Assembly (NCBI GenBank): GCA_051010095.1
Contig: JBPCVX010000019.1
Span: 1-55,705 of the forward strand
Direction: 5' to 3'
From: Hyphomicrobiales bacterium
Lineage (GTDB): Bacteria > Pseudomonadota > Alphaproteobacteria > Rhizobiales > CAJQND01
Length of the DNA: 55,705 nt
Both the position numbers and the translations under genes were made by a program. The notes beneath the pieces are model-generated. The model had not been told where the DNA came from, ran no database searches, and saw only the letters and a list, made by a program, of their open reading frames with translations. Positions 8,404-21,100 of this stretch are shown piece after piece. The first letter of the stretch is position 1. Every line of letters begins with the position of its first letter.

Positions 8404-9159
8404 ATGAGCAGTTCAGACAAAATCGCACTCATAACCGGAGCCGGGTCGGGCATTGGCCGGGCGGCGGCTATTACGTTTCTACAGAACGGTTATAAAACCG
8501 TGCTCGTGGGGCGCCGGCTTGAAGCTCTGGAAGAAACAATTGAGCAATCAGGCGATAGAACAAACGCCTTAGCGCTTTCTTGCGATGTGAGCGATGATAA
8601 GGCGGTTGATGATCTATTCGCACAGATCAAATCAGCCCATGGCCGGCTTGATGTTGTGTTCAATAATGCGGGCATCAATAATCGCGGCAAAACCATTGAT
8701 GAGCTTACGCCTCAGGAATGGCGCGATGTGATTGATGTCAATCTCACCGGTTCCTTCCTCACTGCGCGTGGTGCCTTTGCCATGATGCGCCATCAAAACC
8801 CGCAGGGTGGGCGCATTATCAACAATGGTTCCGTCTCCGCCCATGCGCCACGGCCTGGGTCTGCGCCCTATACATCGTCAAAGCATGCAATCACCGGACT
8901 CACCAAAACCATCTCTCTTGATGGGCGGCCTTTTAACATTGCCTGCGGGCAGGTTGATGTGGGCAACGCGCTTACCGAAATGGCGCACGCAATGACCGTG
9001 GGCGTTCCGCAAGCAGATGGCTCTGTGAAGGCGGAAGCCACGATGGATGTTCAACATGTGGCCGACACTTTGCTTTACATGGCGAGCCTGCCTTTAAATG
9101 CAAATGTGCAGTTCGTCACCGTGATGGCCACCAACATGCCTTATGTTGGGCGGGGATGA
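8404..9159 (+). CDS. SDR family oxidoreductase
   Basis: 251 aa with TGAGSGIG cofactor motif, NNAG, and the catalytic YTSSK (YxxxK). Confidence 0.85.
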   Translation: MSSSDKIALITGAGSGIGRAAAITFLQNGYKTVLVGRRLEALEETIEQSGDRTNALALSCDVSDDKAVDDLFAQIKSAHGRLDVVFNNAGINNRGKTIDELTPQEWRDVIDVNLTGSFLTARGAFAMMRHQNPQGGRIINNGSVSAHAPRPGSAPYTSSKHAITGLTKTISLDGRPFNIACGQVDVGNALTEMAHAMTVGVPQADGSVKAEATMDVQHVADTLLYMASLPLNANVQFVTVMATNMPYVGRG

Positions 9160-9162
9160 TCC

Positions 9163-9894
9163 ATGCTGCAGGCATGTTTGAATGGCGGGCGGACAAAGTC
9201 AGAAAACACCGCTGTTCCCGTAACGCCTGAGGAACTCGCGGCTAATGCACTTGCTGCAAAATCAGCGGGCGCGGACGAGCTTCATATTCATCCGCGCGAT
9301 GAAGCAGGCGCGGAAAGTCTGGCACCAGACGACGTGGCCGCGGCGCTTAACGCTGTGCGAGACGCAGTACCAGGCATGCCGGTGGGCGTGGGCAGCGGGG
9401 AATGGATTGCGCCCGGCAAATATGCACGCCTGGAACTTATGCTAGAGTGGGAGGTATTGCCAGACTATGCTTCGGTGAACCTCAACGAAGAAACCGCGCT
9501 CGACACAATGGAACTTTTGGCGGCACAAGACATTGGCATTGAAGCAGGCATTTGGGTTGAAGACGATGCGGAGCTATTTGTTAAATCTCCCTTTAAAAAT
9601 AAATGCTTACGTGTTCTTTTGGAAATGCCATCAGGGGATGCGGAGATGGATTTGGCAACCTACCCAAGAACCATCAAAATTTTGCAGGATGCGGGTGTAG
9701 TTGGGCCTTTTCTGCTACACGGGCTCGATGGCAGCAAATGGACCATGGTGCGGCAAGCCTTTGCCGATGGGCTTGACACACGGGTTGGTTTTGAAGACAG
9801 CGTGTTTATGCCCAGCGGCATGCCCGCAGAAAGTAACGCTGAAATTATTGAAGCTGCACGCGCCTTAAAGGATACACTCTATGCCAACAAGTGA
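9163..9894 (+). CDS. BKACE / DUF849 family (3-keto-5-aminohexanoate cleavage enzyme-like) protein, short divergent subfamily
   Basis: 243 aa. The N-terminus LQACLNGGRT...VPVTPEELA...GADELHIHPRD carries the HxH metal motif, and a later GFEDS acidic motif is present. The start lies 3 nt after the SDR stop. Confidence 0.65.
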   Translation: MLQACLNGGRTKSENTAVPVTPEELAANALAAKSAGADELHIHPRDEAGAESLAPDDVAAALNAVRDAVPGMPVGVGSGEWIAPGKYARLELMLEWEVLPDYASVNLNEETALDTMELLAAQDIGIEAGIWVEDDAELFVKSPFKNKCLRVLLEMPSGDAEMDLATYPRTIKILQDAGVVGPFLLHGLDGSKWTMVRQAFADGLDTRVGFEDSVFMPSGMPAESNAEIIEAARALKDTLYANK

Positions 9895-10429
9895 CGAAAG
9901 CCGCCCGTTTGTTCCTGTAAACATTGCCGTGCTCACGGTGTCTGACACGCGCACTTTGGAAGACGATAAATCCGGGCAAATCCTCGTCGACCGCTTACAG
10001 GCGGCAGGTCACACGCTTGCTGCACGGGCAATCGTGAAGGATGATGTCGCCGCCATTCAGGCTCAATTGCGCTCCTGGGCGGAAGATGCCGGCATTGATG
10101 CAATCATCTCCACCGGCGGCACCGGGCTCACTGGCCGCGACGTAACACCAGAGGCGGCTGAACCCCTTTTTGAGAAGAAAATGGACGGATTTTCGTATGC
10201 TTTTCACCGGATTTCATACGACAAAATAGGGACATCGACCGTACAATCGCGGGTGACTGCAGGGGTCGTGAACGCAACTTATGTGTTCTGTCTGCCGGGC
10301 TCACCTGGTGCGTGTAAAGATGGCTGGGATGGTATTCTTGAAGGCCAACTCGACTACCGCCACATGCCGTGTAACTTCGTGGAAATCATGCCACGGCTAG
10401 ATGAACACATGCAGCGCACCAAAGGGTGA
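9881..10429 (+). CDS. moaB: molybdenum cofactor biosynthesis protein B (MoaB/MogA fold)
   Basis: 182 aa. It has VLTVSDTR and the STGGTGLTGRD signature. It overlaps the upstream gene by 14 nt. Confidence 0.8.
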   Translation: MPTSDESRPFVPVNIAVLTVSDTRTLEDDKSGQILVDRLQAAGHTLAARAIVKDDVAAIQAQLRSWAEDAGIDAIISTGGTGLTGRDVTPEAAEPLFEKKMDGFSYAFHRISYDKIGTSTVQSRVTAGVVNATYVFCLPGSPGACKDGWDGILEGQLDYRHMPCNFVEIMPRLDEHMQRTKG

Positions 10430-10526
10430 CTTACGAAAATTTAATTATCAATTTCGCGCGAGCGTCATCCAATTACCTCTTAAGCGCGTATACTGGCGCA
10501 ATTCAATGACCGGGAGAAAAGACCTC

Positions 10527-11510
10527 ATGAAAAATTCCACCTTCAATATTTCACGGCGCGGGTTGCTCGCTGCATCTGGTGCCGCTGCAACCCTTGCTGC
10601 AACCGGCATCGCTCCAAGTCCAGCGCGTGCTGCCGCACCAATGATGGGCGCTTCGAAGCCCAATCATTTCCGCTTTAAACTTGGCGATTTTGAAATCACC
10701 ACCATTGCTGATGGCGCGGTACCGGTACCAACCGTTGCCAAGATTTTTGGCCAGGACCAAAAAGAAGAAGATGTGGCAGCGTTAATGGCGGCCAACAATC
10801 TTCCCGGCGATAAGATGGAAATTGGGTTCACTCCAGTGATCATCAACACCGGCAAGGAAATCGTGCTTTTTGACACCGGTAATGGTCCGGGCCGTCGACC
10901 AAACGCTGGCAATCTTTTGACAGCCCTTGAATCAGCAGGCTTTAAAGCTGATCAGGTGGATGTTGTTGTCCTCACCCACTTCCATGGCGACCATATCGGC
11001 GGCATGATGGATGATGGAAAGCCAAGATTCCCCAATGCACGCTATGTAACCGGCGAAACGGAATTCAATTTCTGGACGGATAAGAAGCTGCTTGATGGCC
11101 CAATGGCAAAGCGCGCCGAAATGGTGCAAAAACTTGTCGTGCCGTTTGCTGAAAAAATGACTTTTGTTAAGCCTGAGGGTGAAGCTGCAGGCGGTATTCG
11201 TGCCGTAAACGCCTTCGGCCACACACCAGGCCACATGGCATGGCACATTGAAAGCAACGGCAAGCGCTTCATGTTGTTTGCAGATGCCTGCAACCACTAC
11301 GTTGCCTCGATGCAACGCCCTGATTGGCATGTCAAATTCGACATGGACAAGGAAGCCGCGGCTGCAACGCGCAAGAAAATCCTCGATATGGCCGCAGCAG
11401 ATAAAATTCCAGTTGCGGGCTATCACATGCCTTTCCCTGCAGTTGGATTTGTTGAGAAGGACGGCATGGCCTACCGTTGGTCACCCGTGACCTACCAGCT
11501 CAATCTCTAA
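10527..11510 (+). CDS. Tat-exported MBL-fold metallo-hydrolase
   Basis: The start is chosen at MKNSTFNISRRGLLAASGAAATLAATG, which has a twin-arginine signal and GGGAGA upstream. The ORF track opens at 10401. The metallo-beta-lactamase motif THFHGDH is present. Confidence 0.8.
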   Translation: MKNSTFNISRRGLLAASGAAATLAATGIAPSPARAAAPMMGASKPNHFRFKLGDFEITTIADGAVPVPTVAKIFGQDQKEEDVAALMAANNLPGDKMEIGFTPVIINTGKEIVLFDTGNGPGRRPNAGNLLTALESAGFKADQVDVVVLTHFHGDHIGGMMDDGKPRFPNARYVTGETEFNFWTDKKLLDGPMAKRAEMVQKLVVPFAEKMTFVKPEGEAAGGIRAVNAFGHTPGHMAWHIESNGKRFMLFADACNHYVASMQRPDWHVKFDMDKEAAAATRKKILDMAAADKIPVAGYHMPFPAVGFVEKDGMAYRWSPVTYQLNL

Positions 11511-11513
11511 TCT

Positions 11514-12101
11514 TTAGAGCACCCCTCTCAGCCAGGCGCGGTATTCGCTCTCCGTATCGAGATCGCGCCTGGTGTTCAGATATCCAATTTTGCGCCCTTC
11601 AAGGTTTGCAACACTATCTTGCAAGGTGTGCTCGCTAGACCAGCGGACATTTTCAAAAACATCAAGAATGCGCGGAAACCGCTTCTGCCCCACCAGCCAG
11701 TAACCGCCATCATGTGCCGGCCCAAAAACTGCATCATGGGCCCCTAAACACTTAAATCCATCGGCAATTTCATGAGCTGAGATATTTGGAACATCAGATC
11801 CGATAATCAACACTTTGCCGCGCGGCAACACATCAAACATGCGCTGCATTCGATCACCGAGATCGCCCGCGCCTTGAGCAACCAGTAAAACATGTGATGG
11901 CCACACCGGCGATGAGATATGGGTATCAGGTGCCACAGCGACCCAAGTGTGCCAGCGCGGATCGCGGCCAAGGTTTCGCAAAGCCTGACCAAGCATTGTG
12001 CGGTAAACCCGGGTTGCTTCAGCCACACCAATCTGTCGTGCCAGGCGGGTTTTCACGCGCCCCGCCTCGGGCGCTTTTGCCATGATTACAAGATGTTTCA
12101 T
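11514..12101 (-). CDS. DUF2064 / TIGR04282-type glycosyltransferase-like protein
   Basis: The start at MKHLVIMAKAPEAGRVKTRL overlaps the upstream GT2 stop as ATGA. It has the conserved GDLGDRM and GPAHDGGYWLVG motifs of the DUF2064 family. Confidence 0.7.
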   Translation of the reverse strand: MKHLVIMAKAPEAGRVKTRLARQIGVAEATRVYRTMLGQALRNLGRDPRWHTWVAVAPDTHISSPVWPSHVLLVAQGAGDLGDRMQRMFDVLPRGKVLIIGSDVPNISAHEIADGFKCLGAHDAVFGPAHDGGYWLVGQKRFPRILDVFENVRWSSEHTLQDSVANLEGRKIGYLNTRRDLDTESEYRAWLRGVL

Positions 12102-12772
12102 TGATAGAGACGCACAATTCGTTCCGGGCTCACCCCGCAATACCATAAGCTTAAACACGTAGCATTACGCATCATGCGTTTTACATATCCCTCGCGCTGA
12201 TAACGCGCAGCACTCGTGATTGCAGCACTGTTGAAAAAATGCAAACGCCTGCGGCCAATGCGCGAGACAATATCCACATCCTCCATAAGCGGAATATCAG
12301 CAAACCCGCCAATTTCCTCATATAGCGCGCGCGAGATCAGCAACCCTTGATCACCGTAAGGAAGGGCGAATAACCAGCAGCGCAACTGAACGATCTTTTC
12401 CAAGGCCTTTGCCATTGGTGTGTCATCGGCAAGTTTAAATTTGAATGCAGCCGCCTGACTATCCGCCGCGTCTACAAAAGCGTGCACCTCCTCTTCCCAC
12501 CCCGGTTGCAACACGGTATCTGCATGCAAAAACAAAAACCAATCCGCCTGCGCCGCCGCAGCTCCCGCCTTGAGCTGCCCGCCGCGGCCGCGCGCTCCGC
12601 TTACAACGCGCACACCTCGTTCCTCCGCCACCGCGCACGTATCGTCCTCAGACCCACCATCTGAAATCAAAACGTCCGAAATCAATCCAACTTTGCGGGA
12701 TTTCACCAGGCAATTAAGAGATTCTACCAGACTTTTTCCGGCATTCAGTGTGGGAATGACAACAGATATCAT
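12098..12772 (-). CDS. family 2 glycosyltransferase (TIGR04283-like partner of DUF2064)
   Basis: 224 aa with a GT2 N-terminus (ISVVIPTLNAG) and RGRGGQLKAGAAAAQADWFLFLHADT, typical of this subfamily. Confidence 0.7.
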   Translation of the reverse strand: MISVVIPTLNAGKSLVESLNCLVKSRKVGLISDVLISDGGSEDDTCAVAEERGVRVVSGARGRGGQLKAGAAAAQADWFLFLHADTVLQPGWEEEVHAFVDAADSQAAAFKFKLADDTPMAKALEKIVQLRCWLFALPYGDQGLLISRALYEEIGGFADIPLMEDVDIVSRIGRRRLHFFNSAAITSAARYQREGYVKRMMRNATCLSLWYCGVSPERIVRLYQ

Positions 12773-12862
12773 GCATCCAGACCATAAACATGGGCAGCGT
12801 TACGGCAAGATAAAATGTATATTGTTCTTGTTTTGTTCCAATCATTAATATAAGATTAATGC

Positions 12863-13978
12863 ATGGTCACGGTTCATCAATTTAAAAGGCATCATGGTTT
12901 GCCAGAAACAACAGCATTGCCAAATATGCTGCGCGGACGCGGTGCACGCTCAAATGCGTCTGGGCGGTTTGAAGCAAATGCCCGTCTGGTTTTTGATGAT
13001 GGCTGGCAAACGCTGGAAGACCTGCCCAAACTGAAAACCGATGTGGTGATGGAGAAGCCCAAAAAGATTATCTCCACCAACAAATCACCTGATCTCGGGT
13101 TTGACCAATCGATCAACCCTTATCGCGGTTGCGAGCATGGGTGCTCTTATTGTTACGCAAGACCAACGCATGCCTATATGGGGCTCTCGCCAGGTTTGGA
13201 TTTTGAGAGCAAGCTTTTCGTGAAATCAAACGCAGCGGAATTGTTGCGTGAAGAGCTCTTGAAACCAGGCTATGTGCCGAAGACCATTATTCTGGGCGCC
13301 AATACCGATGCCTATCAGCCGATAGAGCGCAAATACCGTGTCACGCGGCAAATCCTGGAAGTGCTGGAAGAGTTCAATCACCCGGTGGGCATCGTCACCA
13401 AGTCTGCACTTGTGTTGCGCGATCTGGATATCTTGCAACCCATGGCCGAGAAGGGTCTTGCCAAAGTCGCTGTTTCAGTGACATCGCTGGACAATGACAT
13501 TTCACGAAAAATGGAACCACGTGCATCAACACCCCGCAAAAGGCTGCAGGCGCTTGAAGTGTTGTCCAAATCAGGCGTGCCCACCTGCGTTATGGTGGCA
13601 CCGATTGTGCCTGCCATTAACGACACCGAGGTTGAGGCCATATTGAAGGCAGCCTCAGTAACAGGCACCAAAGAGGCAAGCTATGTAATGTTGCGGCTTC
13701 CCCTTGAGCTTAAAGAGATTTTTCGCGAATGGCTGGCCAGTGAATTTCCAAATGCTGCATCGAAATGCATTTCCCTGCTGCAGTCTATTCATGACGGCAA
13801 GGATTATGATTCCACCTTTGGAAAACGCCAGCGTGGAACCGGACCATATGCCTGGTCTGTAGGCCGACGGTTTGAAGTTACTGCAAAACGGCTTGGGTTG
13901 AACGAACGCAAGTGGGCGCTGACGGATAAGCACTTCATCAGGCCGCCACAGGCGGGAGAGCAGTTGAACTTGATTTAG
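12863..13978 (+). CDS. radical SAM protein, PA0069 / SplB-like family
   Basis: 371 aa. It has the CxxxCxxC cluster motif (CEHGCSYCY) and the N-terminal RGRGARSNASGRFE signature. An alternative start is the ATG at 12926. Confidence 0.8.
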   Translation: MVTVHQFKRHHGLPETTALPNMLRGRGARSNASGRFEANARLVFDDGWQTLEDLPKLKTDVVMEKPKKIISTNKSPDLGFDQSINPYRGCEHGCSYCYARPTHAYMGLSPGLDFESKLFVKSNAAELLREELLKPGYVPKTIILGANTDAYQPIERKYRVTRQILEVLEEFNHPVGIVTKSALVLRDLDILQPMAEKGLAKVAVSVTSLDNDISRKMEPRASTPRKRLQALEVLSKSGVPTCVMVAPIVPAINDTEVEAILKAASVTGTKEASYVMLRLPLELKEIFREWLASEFPNAASKCISLLQSIHDGKDYDSTFGKRQRGTGPYAWSVGRRFEVTAKRLGLNERKWALTDKHFIRPPQAGEQLNLI

Positions 13979-13979
13979 C

Positions 13980-16884
<2,905 letters not shown>

Positions 16885-16961
16885 GAAATTTCACACCATC
16901 TTTATAGTCGCCTCGTCTTCCTTGGCGTATAATCCCCGCACAATCAACCGGAAGCGCACCC

Positions 16962-17456
16962 GTGGCCACAGCCGTTGGAAAACATTTACGCCGCCTCACC
17001 CGCAAGGCCTATGAAAGCCATGGCTTTGCATATGCGGAAATTCTCACTCAATGGACCCACATTGTAGGGGCCGATCTTGCGCGGGTGTGCCGTCCCCAAT
17101 CCATTCGCTGGCCAAAAGGGTTTCAAAATCTGGAAAAGGGTAGGCAAAAGCTAGGCGGTACACTCACCATTCTAGCGGCCGGTGCCAGCGCATTGGAACT
17201 GCAACACGAGACCCCGCGCATCCTCGAAAAACTGAACACCTATTATGGTTATGGGGCCATAACGTCGATAAAAATTGTTCAAGGCCACATCGAATTAGAA
17301 GACAATGGTAAGACTATAAGTTCAGCCCCCTTGAGCGCTGATAAAAAAGCCACATTAAACACACAATTGGGCGACATTGAAGATCAGCCATTGCGCACAG
17401 CTCTTAGAAAACTGGGCACGGGCGTTCATGGCCGAACCGGGAAAAAGCAAAAATAG
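16962..17456 (+). CDS. DUF721 (DciA-like) domain protein
   Basis: 164 aa with a DUF721-like pattern (W..IVGADLA....P..I......GGTLTI...GASALELQHETPRILEKLNTYYG). It occupies the conserved position between mutY and dsbA/smc. The start is GTG and is uncertain. Confidence 0.7.
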   Translation: MATAVGKHLRRLTRKAYESHGFAYAEILTQWTHIVGADLARVCRPQSIRWPKGFQNLEKGRQKLGGTLTILAAGASALELQHETPRILEKLNTYYGYGAITSIKIVQGHIELEDNGKTISSAPLSADKKATLNTQLGDIEDQPLRTALRKLGTGVHGRTGKKQK

Positions 17457-17465
17457 GGTTTAACA

Positions 17466-18110
17466 ATGTTAGGAACAAAAATGACCTTTAACAGACGCAC
17501 ATTTATTGCGACCGCCACTGCTGCCGGTTTTGGCCTTACTCTTAGCCCCGCATTCGCACAAGAAGTGGACAAAGAAAAGCTTATGAAGCCTGGTCCCCTG
17601 GGCGAAATGAGCATCGGCCCCGATGATGCCAAGGTAACGATCATCGAATATGCCTCCGCCACCTGCCCGCATTGCGCGCGCTTCCACGAAGGCACTTATA
17701 AAGAACTCAAAGAAAAATATATCGACACCGGCAAGGTGCGTTTCATCTTCCGCGAATTCCCGTTTGATGATTTGGCGTTGGCCGCATTCATGCTGGCCCG
17801 TTGCGCACCAAAGGATAAATACTTTCCGATGATCGATATCATTTTCAAGGAACAACAAAAGTGGGCCAGCCGCGACGCCAATCCGCGGGATGAATTACTG
17901 CGCATCGCTAAAATGGCCGCGATGACTGAAGACGAGTTCAACGCATGTTTGAAAAATCAGGACGTCGCCAAAGGTATTATCGCGGTGCGCGACGTGGGCC
18001 GTGACCTTGGTGTGAGCTCCACACCTTCATTTTTCGTCAACGGCGAAGTTATGGCGGGCAATCAAAACTTCGCAAGTTTTGAAGAGTTGATAAATAAGCA
18101 TTTGAACTAG
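17466..18110 (+). CDS. DsbA-family thiol:disulfide oxidoreductase (exported)
   Basis: It has a signal peptide with NRRTFIATATAAGFG and a CPHC active site (ASATCPHCARF). Confidence 0.85.
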   Translation: MLGTKMTFNRRTFIATATAAGFGLTLSPAFAQEVDKEKLMKPGPLGEMSIGPDDAKVTIIEYASATCPHCARFHEGTYKELKEKYIDTGKVRFIFREFPFDDLALAAFMLARCAPKDKYFPMIDIIFKEQQKWASRDANPRDELLRIAKMAAMTEDEFNACLKNQDVAKGIIAVRDVGRDLGVSSTPSFFVNGEVMAGNQNFASFEELINKHLN

Positions 18111-18167
18111 GCCGAATCACTTATCGCCCGCATAATTGTGTGACTTAAGTATTAACAGGCGCGGGCC

Positions 18168-21100
18168 ATGCATTTTGACCGTTTGCGGCTTTCGGGCTTT
18201 AAGTCCTTTATTGAGCCGACGGAATTAATAATCAGTCGCGGGCTAACCGGTGTGGTTGGCCCGAACGGCTGTGGTAAATCCAACCTTCTGGAAGCCCTGA
18301 GATGGGTCATGGGCGAAAGCTCATATAAGTCCATGCGCGCCTCTGGCATGGATGATGTGATTTTCAATGGCTCGGTTAACCGCCCACAGCGCAATATGGC
18401 CGAAGTGACGGTTGTTCTGGATAATGAAGACCGTATCGCACCACCTGGGTTTAACGATGATGATGTGCTGGAGGTTACCCGCCGCATCGAGCGCGAGGCA
18501 GGTTCCGCCTACCGCATAAATGGCAAAGATGCCCGCGCCCGCGATGTGCAGCTTTTGTTTGCTGACGCTTCAACGGGCTCACGGTCACCTGCGTTGGTGC
18601 GCCAAGGGCAGATTTCCGAACTGATCAGCGCAAAACCACAAGCGCGCCGCCGTATTCTGGAAGAAGCTGCCGGCATTACAGGGCTGCACACCAGGCGGCA
18701 TGAAGCCGAACTCAAACTGAAGGGTGCTGAAACCAACCTCACCCGTTTGGAAGACGTGGTCGGCCAGCTCGAACAGCAATTGGCGGGCCTGAAGCGACAA
18801 GCACGCCAGGCAAGTCGGTACAAAAACCTTTCTGGACATATTCGCCGCCACGAGGCAGCACAACTTTATCTGGGCTGGAAAGATGCTGATAACCACGTGC
18901 AGGCCGCAGCACAAGAATTCGATGCGGCGGTGCGCGCTTTGGGCCTTGCCACAAAAGCGGCTTCCGAAGCTGGCCGCGCGCAATTGAATGCGTCTGAAAA
19001 AATTCCGGCCTTGCGTGATCATGACACCGCACGCAGTGCCGTGGTGCAGCGCTTGAAGGTTGAGCTTGAGCGCTTGGAAGAAGAAGAACGCCGCGCCGAC
19101 GGCCGCCGTCATGAGCTTAAAAGCAGGCTTGAACAAATTGCGCAGGATATGGAGCGCGAGCGCGAACTCATCACTGATAACGACACCATTCTTGAGCGCT
19201 TGAGCACTGAGGAAGGTGAACTCGCCCAATCACTGGAAGGCGGTGCGAACGAACGCGCAAACGCAGCGAAGCATCTGCAAGCGGCAGCTGATACAATGGC
19301 ACGCGCTCAAGAGGCATTTGATGAGGCCAGCAGTGCGTTATCTGAACTTTCCTCGCGCCGTATCACTTTGGAACGTTCATGTGACAGTGCTCAAGGCCGA
19401 ATTACCCGGCTCGAAAGCGACCTTGCAGATGTCGAGCGCAAATGGGGCGAGCTTGATCTCGGCGACGGCATAAAAACAGCGGGGGCAAACTTTGAGGCCG
19501 ATATTGCATCGGCTGAAAAAACTGCCCACGACCTTGAAGCAGCACTTTCAGCAGCCGAAACCGCAACCCGCGATGCCCGCGAGGGGGAGGCCAAAGCCCG
19601 CGCTGAATATGACGATGCGCGCCGCACATCCGATAATTTATCAACTGAAGTGCGCACGCTGACTAAGCTGTTAAATGTGGCCGACGGCGAACTGTGGCCC
19701 CCGCTTATTGATGCACTCAAAGTTGATGCAGGCTACGAGACAGCACTGGGCGCAGCTCTCGGTGATGATCTGGATGCGGCAAGTGATGAAAATGCACCTG
19801 TCCATTGGTCGGAACTTCCCACCATTGAGGCCAACCCGCTTCCAGGCGGCGCTAAGCCCTTGTCTTCATTCGTAAATGCACCCAAAGCACTGGCGCGCAG
19901 ACTGGATCAGATCGGCGTGGTGGAGCCTGATCAGGGTAAAGGATTGCAAACCCAGCTAAAACCTGGCCAGCGCCTGGTTTCCCTGAAAGGTGACTTGTGG
20001 CGTTGGGATGGATTCGTTGCTGCATCGGAAGCGCCAACAGCGGCTGCAAAACGTCTTGCAGAGCGCAACCGGCTGGGCGATCTGCAAGAAGAGGCAAGTG
20101 CTGCTTCAAAACATGCAGAAGAAACCCGCGCCGTACACGAACAAACACGGGCGCATGTTGAACAAAGTGCGCAGAATGAGCGCGATTTGCGCAGCAAGCA
20201 GCAACACGCTGGCGTTAGCCTAAATGCCGCGCGCAAGGCGCTAAGCGCCCACGAACGTGAAACATCAGAACAAACCGCAAAAGCCGGTGCGCTTGAAGAG
20301 GCCCGCCGCCGCTTACAGGATGATTTGATGGAAGCCCGCGAGACCCACAAAACCGCATCGGCGGAGTTCGCGGCACTCGCACCTCTCGATAATTTAGAGA
20401 CAAACCGCGCAACTGCCCTGGAACAGCTAGAACGTGAGCGCACGGTATACAGTGATGCGCGCGCTGCCCATGATGGACTTGAGCGCGATGCTTCAAGCCG
20501 CCAAACGCGCCTAACGGCAATTTCCAATGAACGCAGCCAATGGCATACGCGCCTTGAGAAAGCCAAGGGCCAGATCGAAACACTTGAAGCGCGTGCCGGG
20601 GAAACCTCTCAAGAAGTTGAAAAACTTGACGAACTTCCAGGTCAATGGACTGAGCAGCGCAAGAAACTTATGCGCGCACTTTCAGACGCCGAGGAAGAAA
20701 AGAAAGCATCAAGCGATACGCTTACAGAGGCTGAAACCCAGCTTGCCGAGCTCACCCGCACCGAGCGTGAAGCCCAGGAACTTTTGTCGGAGGCCCGCGA
20801 GAGTCACGCCCGTCTCGAGGCACGGTTGGAGGCAGCACGCGAACGGCTTCAAGAAACTGAAGGCCGTATTACCGAGGTCCTGGAATGTGCACCTCAAGGT
20901 GCGTTTGAACTCGCTGAATTTAAAGATGGCGAGGATTTGCCGCAGCTGGAAGACATCGAGATTAAGCTTGGTAAACTTAAAGCCGAACGAGAGCGCCTTG
21001 GCGGGGTGAATTTGCGCGCTGATGAAGAGGCTGAAGAAGTTGGCACTCAAATTGAAGAATTGGTCGCGGAGCGTGACGATCTCATCAGCGCCATTCATAA

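Noticed and set aside
11514-13978. Calling the DUF2064/GT2/radical SAM trio an arsenosugar biosynthesis cluster
   Set aside because: The radical SAM protein is of the PA0069/SplB type, not the Cys-rich ArsS type, and no arsM is present. The automatic family names would over-interpret the locus.
18585-20566. Long antisense ORFs inside smc (18585..19229, 19391..19720, 19931..20566), with similar cases inside other genes (3062..3577, 10932..11426, 36248..36877, 51768..52241)
   Set aside because: These are shadow ORFs on the opposite strand of well-supported genes, typical of GC-biased coding sequence. They have no RBS and no recognisable domains.
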